Shown in pieces: positions 1 to 7,908 of a stretch of DNA of 32,000 nucleotides. Position 1 is the stretch's first letter. Every line of letters starts with the position of its first letter. The stretch covers positions 2,820,001 to 2,852,000 of the forward strand of contig NC_002939.5 of the NCBI RefSeq assembly GCF_000007985.2, read 5' to 3'. The notes under the pieces were generated by a model. It made no database searches, had not been told where the DNA came from, and was given only the letters and a program-made list of their open reading frames with translations. The translations under genes were made by a program, and so were the position numbers. Source of the stretch: Geobacter sulfurreducens PCA (lineage in GTDB: Bacteria; Desulfobacterota; Desulfuromonadia; Geobacterales; Geobacteraceae).

Positions 1-1
1 C

Positions 2-607
2 GGCTGGGACCACGTAAAGTGGCACGACCTTCTTCCCTGGATTCCGAAAAAGATGATCGCCCTGGAACTGGGCCGCGCCTGCGCCCTCTTCGAGGAGGTG
101 ATGGGACGACGGGCCCGGACCGCCGCGGCGCCCGGCTGGACCGTGAGCGCCGACTCCCTTGAAATCCAGGACTCCATGCTCCTGTCCTTCTGCAGCGATT
201 GCCGGGGACGGACCCCCTTCTACCCGGTTGTGGACGGACGGCGGTTCGGCACCCTCCAGGTGCCCACCACCCTGCCGACCCTGGACGAACTGCTGGGCGG
301 GGGGATCGCCACGGAGCGGGAGGCCGTGGACCGGCTGATGGGCCTGGTGGGGCCGGGACTCAACGTCCACACGGTGCAGGCCGAAATCGAAGGGAAACGC
401 TATGCGCCGCACCTGGCGTCGCTGCTGGACCGGCTCACGGGAACCGGCGCCCGCTTCGTCACTCTGGGCGAAGCCGCGGACGAGGCCAAGCGGGCAACCG
501 TGCCCGTCTGCCGGCTCACCATGGAGGAGATCCCGGGCCGTCCCGGGCGGGTGGCGGTTCAGGGCGAGGAATGGAGCGAACCGGGGCCGGCGGCCGGAGA
601 ACCGTGA
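2..607 (+). CDS. polysaccharide deacetylase-family protein (ArnD/deformylase-like), C-terminal part; 5' end outside window
   Basis: Frame 2 is open from base 2 (GWDHVKWHDLLPWIPKK precedes the tracked Met at 53). The overall pattern and the HTVQAEIEG segment resemble carbohydrate-esterase-4/ArnD-type proteins. Stop at 605-607. Confidence 0.5.
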   Translation, partial: GWDHVKWHDLLPWIPKKMIALELGRACALFEEVMGRRARTAAAPGWTVSADSLEIQDSMLLSFCSDCRGRTPFYPVVDGRRFGTLQVPTTLPTLDELLGGGIATEREAVDRLMGLVGPGLNVHTVQAEIEGKRYAPHLASLLDRLTGTGARFVTLGEAADEAKRATVPVCRLTMEEIPGRPGRVAVQGEEWSEPGPAAGEP

Positions 608-648
608 TTCCAGGCGTTGATCACCAGAGGAGCATTGGGGAGGGAGCC

Positions 649-1464
649 ATGACGTCATTCACCGCCTTCGCCCTGCCGGGCGAACTTGACCTGAACCGGC
701 TGGCCGCCGATCTGGGCTTCCCCCGGCGCTACCGGTGGGAAGAGCCCATGGTGCTCGACCAGGCGAGCCTCAAGCCCCTGTCGGGGGACCAGGGCACGAC
801 CAAGAGGGTCTACCTCTATTTCTTCGGCGGGGTGGTCTTCGTCAACTGCACGGAGGAGGAGGCAAGGGCCTTTTTCTGGAGCATGGCGCACTACGCGGAG
901 CCGTTCAAGAGCGTGCCGGACGAAAAGTACCGGGATGACTACGCCCTGGCCCTGGGGGAGAGCAGCGGCCCCGCCGTGACCAACGATCTGGCGACCATGC
1001 CCGTGTATGATCCGGCCTACGTGGATACCATCTGCTTCGTCATCGCCAAATCAGTGGCCCTGGAGCGGATCGAGGAACGGGTCGACCAGGTCCTGGATGA
1101 AATGGAAACCGTCATCGGCATGCTCGACCGGGGCAAGCTGGGAATCTCGGACCGGCGTCTGGCAAAGCTGGCGGCCAACGTCCTGACCTACAAGTACCAG
1201 TCCATCGCCCACGTCATGGTCCTGGAAAAGCCGGAATTCACCTGGGAGAACCCCGAGGCGGACCGCCTCTACCTGACCATGGCCAACGTCTTCGAGCTGA
1301 ACCAGCGCTACAACGAGATCAAGCACAAGGGGGAAACGCTCCTGGACATCACGGAGGTTTTCACGAGCCTCGCCCACGCCCGCCGCGCCTCCCGCCTTGA
1401 ATGGACCATCATCATCCTGATCTTCATCGAGATCGTCATCTACCTCTTCGAGCTGGCCCGCTAA
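649..1464 (+). CDS. RMD1/DUF155 family protein with C-terminal transmembrane helix
   Basis: ATG at 649 (MTSFTAFALPGE...) lies inside the longer tracked ORF 199..1464, whose first 150 aa are Arg/Gly/Pro-rich junk overlapping the previous gene. VYLYFFGGVVFVNCTEEE and the C-terminal hydrophobic tail (WTIIILIFIEIVIYLF) are typical of DUF155. Confidence 0.75.
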   Translation: MTSFTAFALPGELDLNRLAADLGFPRRYRWEEPMVLDQASLKPLSGDQGTTKRVYLYFFGGVVFVNCTEEEARAFFWSMAHYAEPFKSVPDEKYRDDYALALGESSGPAVTNDLATMPVYDPAYVDTICFVIAKSVALERIEERVDQVLDEMETVIGMLDRGKLGISDRRLAKLAANVLTYKYQSIAHVMVLEKPEFTWENPEADRLYLTMANVFELNQRYNEIKHKGETLLDITEVFTSLAHARRASRLEWTIIILIFIEIVIYLFELAR

Positions 1465-1646
1465 AAGCCGCCCGACAGGGCATACCGCTCCGTCGGGCAC
1501 CCAGCCGCGGCCGGCAGGGAAAACGGCTTGTGGCATGCCCCGCAGGTGACGGTGCCCGCCGTGAATTTCTGCTGGAGCGTCTGGTTCCTGGTGTCGCACC
1601 AGTCACAGTACCAAGCGTAGTAGTCGCCGAGTGGAATAATATTCAT
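1461..1646 (-). CDS. small zinc-ribbon-like protein (61 aa)
   Basis: Two CxxC pairs (CDWC ... CGAC). Strong AGGAGG Shine-Dalgarno 7 nt upstream of the ATG (reverse complement of 1654-1659). AT-richer promoter-like region at 1647-1745. Confidence 0.5.
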   Translation of the reverse strand: MNIIPLGDYYAWYCDWCDTRNQTLQQKFTAGTVTCGACHKPFSLPAAAGCPTERYALSGGF

Positions 1647-1745
1647 CGTTGAACCTCCTGACGTGTCATGATCCCACTTTAGACGTTCAACACTTCGATT
1701 TCGTTACGGTACGCACACAATTACGAAAATACGGAGGGGACAGGC

Positions 1746-3287
1746 TCAGGCGAGGGCGCTTTCGGCCACCAGCAGGAGGCGCTTACTGAAGGCCTCCTCG
1801 AAGAGATCTCCCTTGATCTTGCCGCCGAAGAGCTCCACGGAGATTTCTCCGCGACTGGCAAGGGTAAGGATGAAGGTGCCGTCGGAAAGGGAACAGGTAA
1901 GGCCGGAGACCAGGCTGTTGCGGCGACGGTCGAGGCCGTCGGCGAGCCGCAGGATGCCGCCCAGGCGCGCCACCAGGAGCCGGTCCGGCTCCGCCAGACG
2001 CATGTACGACTCGTGCTTCTTCTTGGGAAGGGCCTTGCGGTGGTAGCGGGCCGCTGAGGCGATCAGCTCCCGCTCCCGGGGGGTGAAGCCGAAGAGGTCC
2101 GCGTGGCGGATCAAATGGTATGAATGCTTGTGGTGGCTTGAATAGTTGATGAAGTAGCCCACGTCGTGGAGGATGGCCGCCGCCTCCAGTATCCGGCGGG
2201 CTCCCTCGCCCATGCCATAGACCGGCTCCAGGGAATCGAATATCTCCAGGGAAAGCCGCGCCACCTGGAGGGCATGCTCTTCGTCCGCATGGCATGAACG
2301 GGCGAACTCCAGCACCGACTCGCGCCAGGTGAGGGGAGTTTCCATGCCGGGAATCAGGCCGTGGGTCCGCAGGGCCTTGATGATGAGCCCTTCCCGGATT
2401 CCCCGCTCATTGACCCGCAAGAGGTTCACGTCGAAGAACCTCATGAGCTCGTCCACCACAGTGACACCGGCAGTGATGATGTCGGCCCGGTCCGGGTTGA
2501 GCCCCGGCACCTCCCGGCGGGCCTTGAGGTCCTTGCGGGAGAGCATGGCCAGCAGATGCACCACCTCCGACCGGAGCACCTCGTAACGGTGGACCGATCC
2601 GTACCCCTCCCCCCGCATGGCCATGACCATGGCGGCGATAGACGTGATGGTGCCGCCGGAGCCCACCAGGCTCTGGAGGTGTCCCCACTCGGCGCCCAGT
2701 GACTCCTTCAGCGACGCGCGCACGTGTTTGCGCAGCCTGTCCAGGTCAGCCTGGCGCGGGGGATCGCTCCGGACGAAGCGTTCGGTCAGGACCACGGCCC
2801 CGAGCTCCAGGGAGTGGATATCCTCGATATGGGTCCCGAGCGCCGTGACGATTTCAAGGCTGCCGCCGCCGATGTCCACCATGGCGTAGCGGACCCCCTC
2901 CATGTCGAAATGGTTCCGCACCGAGAGGGCGGCCAGTTCCGCCTCCTCCTCGCCGCTGATCACCGCCACCCTGACCCCGACCGTCTCCTCCACGGTCCGG
3001 ATGAACTCCTCGCCGTTTGCGGCACGGCGCACGGCGCTGGTGGCAACCGCCTCCACCACCTTGACCCCGTAGCCGTCCACGATCTTCTTCATCCGGCCAA
3101 GCGCCGTAACGGCACGCTCCCAGGCCGCCGGCGAGATGGTGCCGCTGGCGGCCATCCCTTCGCCCAGGCGCACGGTGGCCTTCTCGTCGTCCAGAACGCG
3201 AAATTTGCCGTTCCTGGTCACCTCCACCACGATGCAGCGGATGGAGTTGGTCCCGATATCGATGGCGGCCAGCCGGTTGTGGGTCAC
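1746..3287 (-). CDS. ppx: exopolyphosphatase Ppx/GppA family with C-terminal HD domain
   Basis: LAAIDIGTNSIRC and DIGGGS actin-like ATPase motifs; HDVGYFINYSSHHKHSYHLI HD region. Start assigned to the GTG at 3287, which overlaps the TGA of the upstream CHAD gene (GTGA) and follows GAGGAG. The tracked Met at 3401 would overlap CHAD by 118 nt. Confidence 0.9.
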   Translation of the reverse strand: MTHNRLAAIDIGTNSIRCIVVEVTRNGKFRVLDDEKATVRLGEGMAASGTISPAAWERAVTALGRMKKIVDGYGVKVVEAVATSAVRRAANGEEFIRTVEETVGVRVAVISGEEEAELAALSVRNHFDMEGVRYAMVDIGGGSLEIVTALGTHIEDIHSLELGAVVLTERFVRSDPPRQADLDRLRKHVRASLKESLGAEWGHLQSLVGSGGTITSIAAMVMAMRGEGYGSVHRYEVLRSEVVHLLAMLSRKDLKARREVPGLNPDRADIITAGVTVVDELMRFFDVNLLRVNERGIREGLIIKALRTHGLIPGMETPLTWRESVLEFARSCHADEEHALQVARLSLEIFDSLEPVYGMGEGARRILEAAAILHDVGYFINYSSHHKHSYHLIRHADLFGFTPRERELIASAARYHRKALPKKKHESYMRLAEPDRLLVARLGGILRLADGLDRRRNSLVSGLTCSLSDGTFILTLASRGEISVELFGGKIKGDLFEEAFSKRLLLVAESALA

Positions 3288-4174
3288 AGCGCTCTCCTCA
3301 CCTGTTCGCCGATGGCTTCGAAGGGGGTCTCGGCCAGGAGCCCGGCAAACAGCGCGAACTGCCGGTGCCGCTCCCCCGCGATGTGGTTCAGGATGACACA
3401 CTCATCCGCCGATGGCAATCCCTCGTGCCGGACGATGCCGGCAAAAACGTCCAGGTCGTGCATGGTGCCAAGAACGTCCTGGTAGGCCTTGATCGCGGCA
3501 TGGAGGGAGTCGAAGTCGTTTCCCGGGAGAAAAGAGAGAATTTCCAGGCGGTAGCGGTAGTGCTTCACCGCAATCCTCAAGCGGTGCTGGGCCTCCACGT
3601 CAGCCTCGCGGCAGGCATCGGGCACCAGGGCGAGCACGTCGTCCAGGCGCTCCCGAAGGCGCTCGGCGGCAAAAACGGCAATGGTCGTGAAGGGGTCGAT
3701 GCCCGAAGGGGGCGGCGAGAAGAGAGTCGGACATGCCACGATGCGGGCCAGGGCCTCGCGGGTGCGGCGGGGGTCCAGCTCCCGGAGCCTCAGCCGGAGC
3801 TGCCGCCGTTGCTCCCGGCGCAGGTCCTCGTGCCGCGCGATGATCCGCGCCAGGTGGCGGCCGGCGCTCCCGTCGGCCGTCTCCGCCATGTGCCGGAAAA
3901 AGACAAGGGCCTCGTCGGTATTGCGCAGGGCACCCAGGAGCCGGGTAACGCTCCTGACGCCCCGGGCCGCGCGCCGGACGGATTCGGGGAGATAGGCGGC
4001 GGCGAACAGGAGGAATCCCTCCCGGAGCCGCCGCGAGGAGACCCGAAGATCATGGATGTCCTCCGGGTCGAACGTTTCAGCCGCCCTGCGCCACCGGTCG
4101 AAGAAATCGTCCACCCGGCCGGCCAGAAGCGCCCGGGCCGCTATCCAGAGTGGTGTATGCCCGCTGATCCGCAT
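3284..4174 (-). CDS. CHAD domain-containing protein
   Basis: Repeated conserved-histidine helical motifs (IHDLRVSSRRLRE, HRLRIAVKHYRYRLEIL) are typical of CHAD. Translationally coupled to ppx. Confidence 0.85.
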   Translation of the reverse strand: MRISGHTPLWIAARALLAGRVDDFFDRWRRAAETFDPEDIHDLRVSSRRLREGFLLFAAAYLPESVRRAARGVRSVTRLLGALRNTDEALVFFRHMAETADGSAGRHLARIIARHEDLRREQRRQLRLRLRELDPRRTREALARIVACPTLFSPPPSGIDPFTTIAVFAAERLRERLDDVLALVPDACREADVEAQHRLRIAVKHYRYRLEILSFLPGNDFDSLHAAIKAYQDVLGTMHDLDVFAGIVRHEGLPSADECVILNHIAGERHRQFALFAGLLAETPFEAIGEQVRRAL

Positions 4175-4222
4175 GAGGGGCCCCGTTTCACCTTCGGACG
4201 CACCGACGGAGCAACGACGCCG

Positions 4223-4747
4223 TCAGGCAAGCACCCGCTTGAGGGCCTTGCGCGTCCGCCGCAGTCCCTGTTCGACCTCTTTGAGCCCCGTATCGGCCAG
4301 ACCAGCCAGGCGTTTTTCGGCCTTGGCGAGCCCCTTGCCGGCCCGCTTCACCCGGCGGCCGATCTTCCCTTCCACCTTTTCCAGGGTCGTCACCACCTTG
4401 AGTAACTCCTTCTCCACCCGGCGGGCCGTCTTCTTTTCCAGTTCATCGGCAAAGCGCTCGCGTACCGTGCGGGCGATCCCCTCCACCTGCTCCCGCAGGG
4501 TCAGGGCGGCGGCCTTCAGCTCTTCCACGCGCCGGGCCCGGTCCTCAGCCTTCCCCTTAGCCAGTTCGGCGGCCTGGGCAACAATTGAGACAACCGAACG
4601 GGGATTCATCCCCTTGATGGCCCTGAGCCCCTCTTCGCCGGCCGCGGCGATCTTCTCGAAAGTGTCGTGCCCCGCCTCGGCCAGCCGCTTGGCCAGCACC
4701 TCGCCGATGCCGCGAATTTTCTGCAGTTCCTTCTGGACGTCCGTCAT
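4223..4747 (-). CDS. helix-hairpin-helix protein with long charged coiled-coil tail
   Basis: IRGIGEVLAKRLAEAG HhH motif followed by about 120 aa of K/R/E/A-rich heptad-like sequence. ATG at 4747 follows GGAAGGAGAGAGG; the tracked start at 4765 is a TTG inside that RBS. Confidence 0.7.
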   Translation of the reverse strand: MTDVQKELQKIRGIGEVLAKRLAEAGHDTFEKIAAAGEEGLRAIKGMNPRSVVSIVAQAAELAKGKAEDRARRVEELKAAALTLREQVEGIARTVRERFADELEKKTARRVEKELLKVVTTLEKVEGKIGRRVKRAGKGLAKAEKRLAGLADTGLKEVEQGLRRTRKALKRVLA

Positions 4748-4774
4748 TCCTCTCTCCTTCCCCAAGACATGCTG

Positions 4775-5260
4775 TCAGGGCAGCGTGCGCGTCTTCTCTC
4801 CCCTGTGGACTACCCAGCGCAGCCGAGCGGTCCCCGTGGCCGGATCCAGCTCCAGGGCCACGGCCATTCCCTTGCGCAGCGGCACAGCCTCCGGCCTTCC
4901 CAGCAGATCGGCCACCACCCGGCCCACGTCGGGCTCGTGCCCCACGATGGCCACATGGCTGGCTCCGGGCCGACCGGCCAGCAGCCGGGCAAGCCCCTCC
5001 CGGTCGAAACCGGGGGCAAGTTCCCGGGAGACCGCCAGCTCCCCGTCGTAGTCCAGGCCGGCGGCGAGTAGTTCCGCCGTCTGCACGGCACGGACCAGGG
5101 GGCTGGTGACGATCAGATCGAGAGACATGCGCCGTCGGGCAATGACCCGGACGCTGGTGGCAAAGGAAGCCCGCCCCCGCGGCGTAAGCCAGCGGTCCTC
5201 CTCGGCGATCGCCGGAGCGCGTTCCACCGCCTCGGCGTGGCGCACCACGAGCAATTTCAT
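4775..5260 (-). CDS. sixA: phosphohistidine phosphatase SixA-like (histidine phosphatase superfamily)
   Basis: MKLLVVRHAEA (RH motif) and IVGHEPDVG second His motif; about 160 aa. ATG at 5260 is preceded by GGAGGTGAT. Confidence 0.8.
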   Translation of the reverse strand: MKLLVVRHAEAVERAPAIAEEDRWLTPRGRASFATSVRVIARRRMSLDLIVTSPLVRAVQTAELLAAGLDYDGELAVSRELAPGFDREGLARLLAGRPGASHVAIVGHEPDVGRVVADLLGRPEAVPLRKGMAVALELDPATGTARLRWVVHRGEKTRTLP

Positions 5261-5412
5261 ATCACCTCCGGCACAGCGTGCAGTCCGGCTCCGCAAAAGA
5301 GTAAAGCACAGCATGCAGCGTTTTCAATGAGAATTCCCGCACAAAGCCACGGACAGGCAAAGATTTTACGCGGTTGTAACAATCAAGGGAGCCGGGCCGG
5401 CAGCCTTGATCA

Positions 5413-5441
5413 TTGACACACCTCTCGCCGATAGGTATCCT
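5413..5441 (+). promoter_or_regulatory. sigma-70-type promoter TTGACA-17-TATCCT placed for a leaderless ykgJ-like transcript
   Basis: TTGACA at 5413-5418, a 17-nt spacer, and TATCCT at 5436-5441. The ATG at 5448 lies 7 nt after the -10 box and has no SD. Confidence 0.4.
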
Positions 5442-5447
5442 CATGCC

Positions 5448-5765
5448 ATGAAAAATCAGGACGAATCCGGCGATGGGTGGGAATCCCTCTGTGAGCGGTG
5501 CGGCCTCTGCTGCTTCGAGAAGATCGAAGACGAGAACGGCACCGTCTTCTTCACCGCAACCCCCTGCCGCTATCTGGACGTGACCACCCGCCAGTGCGTC
5601 ATCTATGACAAACGGTTCGACATCAATCCCGAGTGCGTCAAGCTGACCGAGGAACTGGTGAGAACGCTCCCCTGGCTTCATGACGACTGCGCCTACCGCA
5701 AGGCGCTGGGGGTACGGCTGTCAAAGGTCAGAATGAACGGACGCAACAAGGGGAAAAGGGGCTGA
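5448..5765 (+). CDS. YkgJ/UPF0153-type CxxCxxCC zinc/iron-chelating domain protein
   Basis: CERCGLCC motif plus downstream Cys residues (TPCRYL, RQCVIY, PECV). ATG at 5448. Confidence 0.7.
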   Translation: MKNQDESGDGWESLCERCGLCCFEKIEDENGTVFFTATPCRYLDVTTRQCVIYDKRFDINPECVKLTEELVRTLPWLHDDCAYRKALGVRLSKVRMNGRNKGKRG

Positions 5766-5824
5766 GCCGGAGACGCGCCCGCACATCGCACGTTGCAACG
5801 AACAGGGAAGGGAGTTTTCAGGAA

Positions 5825-7102
5825 ATGGGACGTGATGGCAGCAAGGTAGTCAGTCTGGAGGAGGAGCGCACCCGCCGCGCCATGGTCGGTAAAGCGACGG
5901 GCCCCGATGCGGAGGCGGCGTCTGCAGTCCCCGGCGGGGCCACCGCCTGGAAGCAGATGAACGCCCTCCTCGCCGACCCTCGCGCCCGGGAGGTGGTGCG
6001 CGCGCTGCCGGAGCAGCAGTTTTACTGGATACTGACCGAGGTGGGAATGACCGACGCCGTGGAGTTCTGGGAACTGGCGTCGCCGCGGCAGCGGATGTTC
6101 ATTCTGGACATGGAGCTCTGGGACTCGTGGAATTTTTCCGAAGCGAAATCACACCAGTGGCTCAACCACCTGCTGGAGGCGGGCGAAGAGGCCGTGCTGG
6201 AGCAGCTGCCCCACATGGACGCGGAACTTCTCATTCTAATGTTCAAGAAGGAGATCATCGTCGGCGGCGGTATCGGCGACCTGGTCTCCGACGAAGAGCG
6301 GGTGGCCGACTGGGACCACAGCTTCGACAACGTCTACTTCTTAACCTTCCGCAACGCCGAACGGGCCCGCGCCGTGGGGACCTTCATCGATATCATCTTC
6401 CGCAACGACCGGGAGCTCTACCTGGGGCTCATGGAGGGGATCAAAGTGGAGCTGGAGAGCGAGCTGGAAGAGCTCGCCTACCGCTTCCGCTCGGGCCGGC
6501 TCGCCGACCTGGGGTTCCCCGAGCTGGAGGATGCCCTTACCATCTATGCCCGGCTCTCTCCCGACAGCTTCATCCCCTCAGCCGAAAAGCGACTAGACCT
6601 GGCCTCGGGTATAACCGGCCTCCCCATGCCGGCGGGATACGAGGAGTCATTCCTCAACCGTGCCCTGGCCCGGGTGGAGGGTCCGGTGGATCAGGAGCTC
6701 ACCGCCCTCGTCAACAGCGCCCTGGTGGCCGACGGCGCCGCCCTCCGCTCCCGCGAAGGAATGGAGGCGATCTTCCGGCGGGTCCACGGTTACCTCTCCA
6801 TCGCCCTTGAACACCTGTCAGACGGCGACGTGGAACGGGCCGCCGCGATCATCGGCCGGGAATACCTCTCCCGCCTCTTCCGGCTCGGCTTCGGCATGGT
6901 CATGGAACTGCGCAAGCACCACGAATCGCTGGTGATCGACGATTACGCCACCGGCAGGGTGATCGAGGGGCTGCGGGCCACGCCGCCCCGCTTCTACCGG
7001 GCTCTGGACCCGGACGGCATCGACGGCTTCCGGGAGTTCCGGGAACTCGCCGACATCCGCCGGATCAACGAACTGCTGGACCGTCATGGGGACCCGGCAT
7101 GA
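5825..7102 (+). CDS. conserved hypothetical helical protein (425 aa), family not confidently recognised
   Basis: Long ORF with normal codon and amino-acid usage. GGGAAGGGAG RBS upstream. Stop overlaps the start of the next gene (ATGA at 7099-7102). Confidence 0.7.
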   Translation: MGRDGSKVVSLEEERTRRAMVGKATGPDAEAASAVPGGATAWKQMNALLADPRAREVVRALPEQQFYWILTEVGMTDAVEFWELASPRQRMFILDMELWDSWNFSEAKSHQWLNHLLEAGEEAVLEQLPHMDAELLILMFKKEIIVGGGIGDLVSDEERVADWDHSFDNVYFLTFRNAERARAVGTFIDIIFRNDRELYLGLMEGIKVELESELEELAYRFRSGRLADLGFPELEDALTIYARLSPDSFIPSAEKRLDLASGITGLPMPAGYEESFLNRALARVEGPVDQELTALVNSALVADGAALRSREGMEAIFRRVHGYLSIALEHLSDGDVERAAAIIGREYLSRLFRLGFGMVMELRKHHESLVIDDYATGRVIEGLRATPPRFYRALDPDGIDGFREFRELADIRRINELLDRHGDPA

Positions 7103-7866
7103 ATGACCGGAGCCACACCGGCGAAGAGGAACTGCGCTGCCGCGTGCAGGAGCTGGAGCACCGGGTTACCGAGCTCACCGAGGCCCTTGACGCCTCAAAC
7201 CGCGAATTGCAGACCTTCAGTTACTCGGTTTCCCACGACCTGCGCGCCCCCCTGACCATCATCGACGGATTCGCTCGGGCCCTCATGGAAGACTGCGTCG
7301 AACAACTCGACGCCCAGGGGCAGGACTACCTCAAGCGGATCAGGATCGCCAGCCAGCGGATGGGCAACCTCATCAACGGGCTGCTGAACCTCTCCCGCAT
7401 CGCCCGCGAGCCGCTCTGCTCCGGTACCGCCAACCTGAGCGAGATGGTGCGAACCATCGAGATGGAGCTCAGGTATCTGCACCCGGAGCGCAGCGTACTG
7501 TTCACCATCGAGGACGGTGTTACGGCGCAGGGAGACCGCCGGATGCTCCGTACGGTGATGGACAACCTGCTGCGCAATGCCTGGAAGTTCACGGTGGCCC
7601 GCGATCCCGCCCACATTTCCTTCGGTGTCTGCGTACAGGAGGGGAAAACGGCATATTTCGTGAAAGACGATGGTGCCGGGTTCGACATGGCCTTTGCCGA
7701 CCGTCTGTTCATCCCCTTCCAGCGCATGCATCAGGGCAGCGAGTTCGAGGGGGTGGGCATCGGCCTTGCTACGGCCCACCGGATCATCCAACGCCACGGC
7801 GGCAGAATATGGGCCGAGGCGGCGCCCGATGCGGGAGCGACGTTTTATTTCACTCTGACCGGGTAA
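7099..7866 (+). CDS. cytoplasmic histidine kinase (coiled coil + HisKA + HATPase_c, no sensor domain)
   Basis: H-box FSYSVSHDLRAPL; N-box LLRNAWKF; G-boxes DDGAGFD and GVGIGL. No TM segment or sensor domain in the 255 aa. Confidence 0.85.
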   Translation: MNDRSHTGEEELRCRVQELEHRVTELTEALDASNRELQTFSYSVSHDLRAPLTIIDGFARALMEDCVEQLDAQGQDYLKRIRIASQRMGNLINGLLNLSRIAREPLCSGTANLSEMVRTIEMELRYLHPERSVLFTIEDGVTAQGDRRMLRTVMDNLLRNAWKFTVARDPAHISFGVCVQEGKTAYFVKDDGAGFDMAFADRLFIPFQRMHQGSEFEGVGIGLATAHRIIQRHGGRIWAEAAPDAGATFYFTLTG

Positions 7867-7908
7867 ATCCCGACAGCTCTCCAGGACGCATCAGCGGGAG
7901 GCAGCCCC

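Noticed and set aside
199-648. N-terminal extensions of tracked ORFs: 199-648 ahead of the DUF155 gene, 3288-3401 ahead of ppx, 22191-22325 ahead of the MCP, 25447-25536 ahead of the secreted protein, 28274-28396 ahead of the patatin gene, 30811-30861 ahead of marR, and 5261-5314 ahead of sixA.
   Set aside because: The extension sequences are low-complexity, overlap neighbouring genes or promoters, and lack RBS signals. Internal starts with good Shine-Dalgarno sequences give N-termini typical of each family, including signal peptides and conserved first strands.
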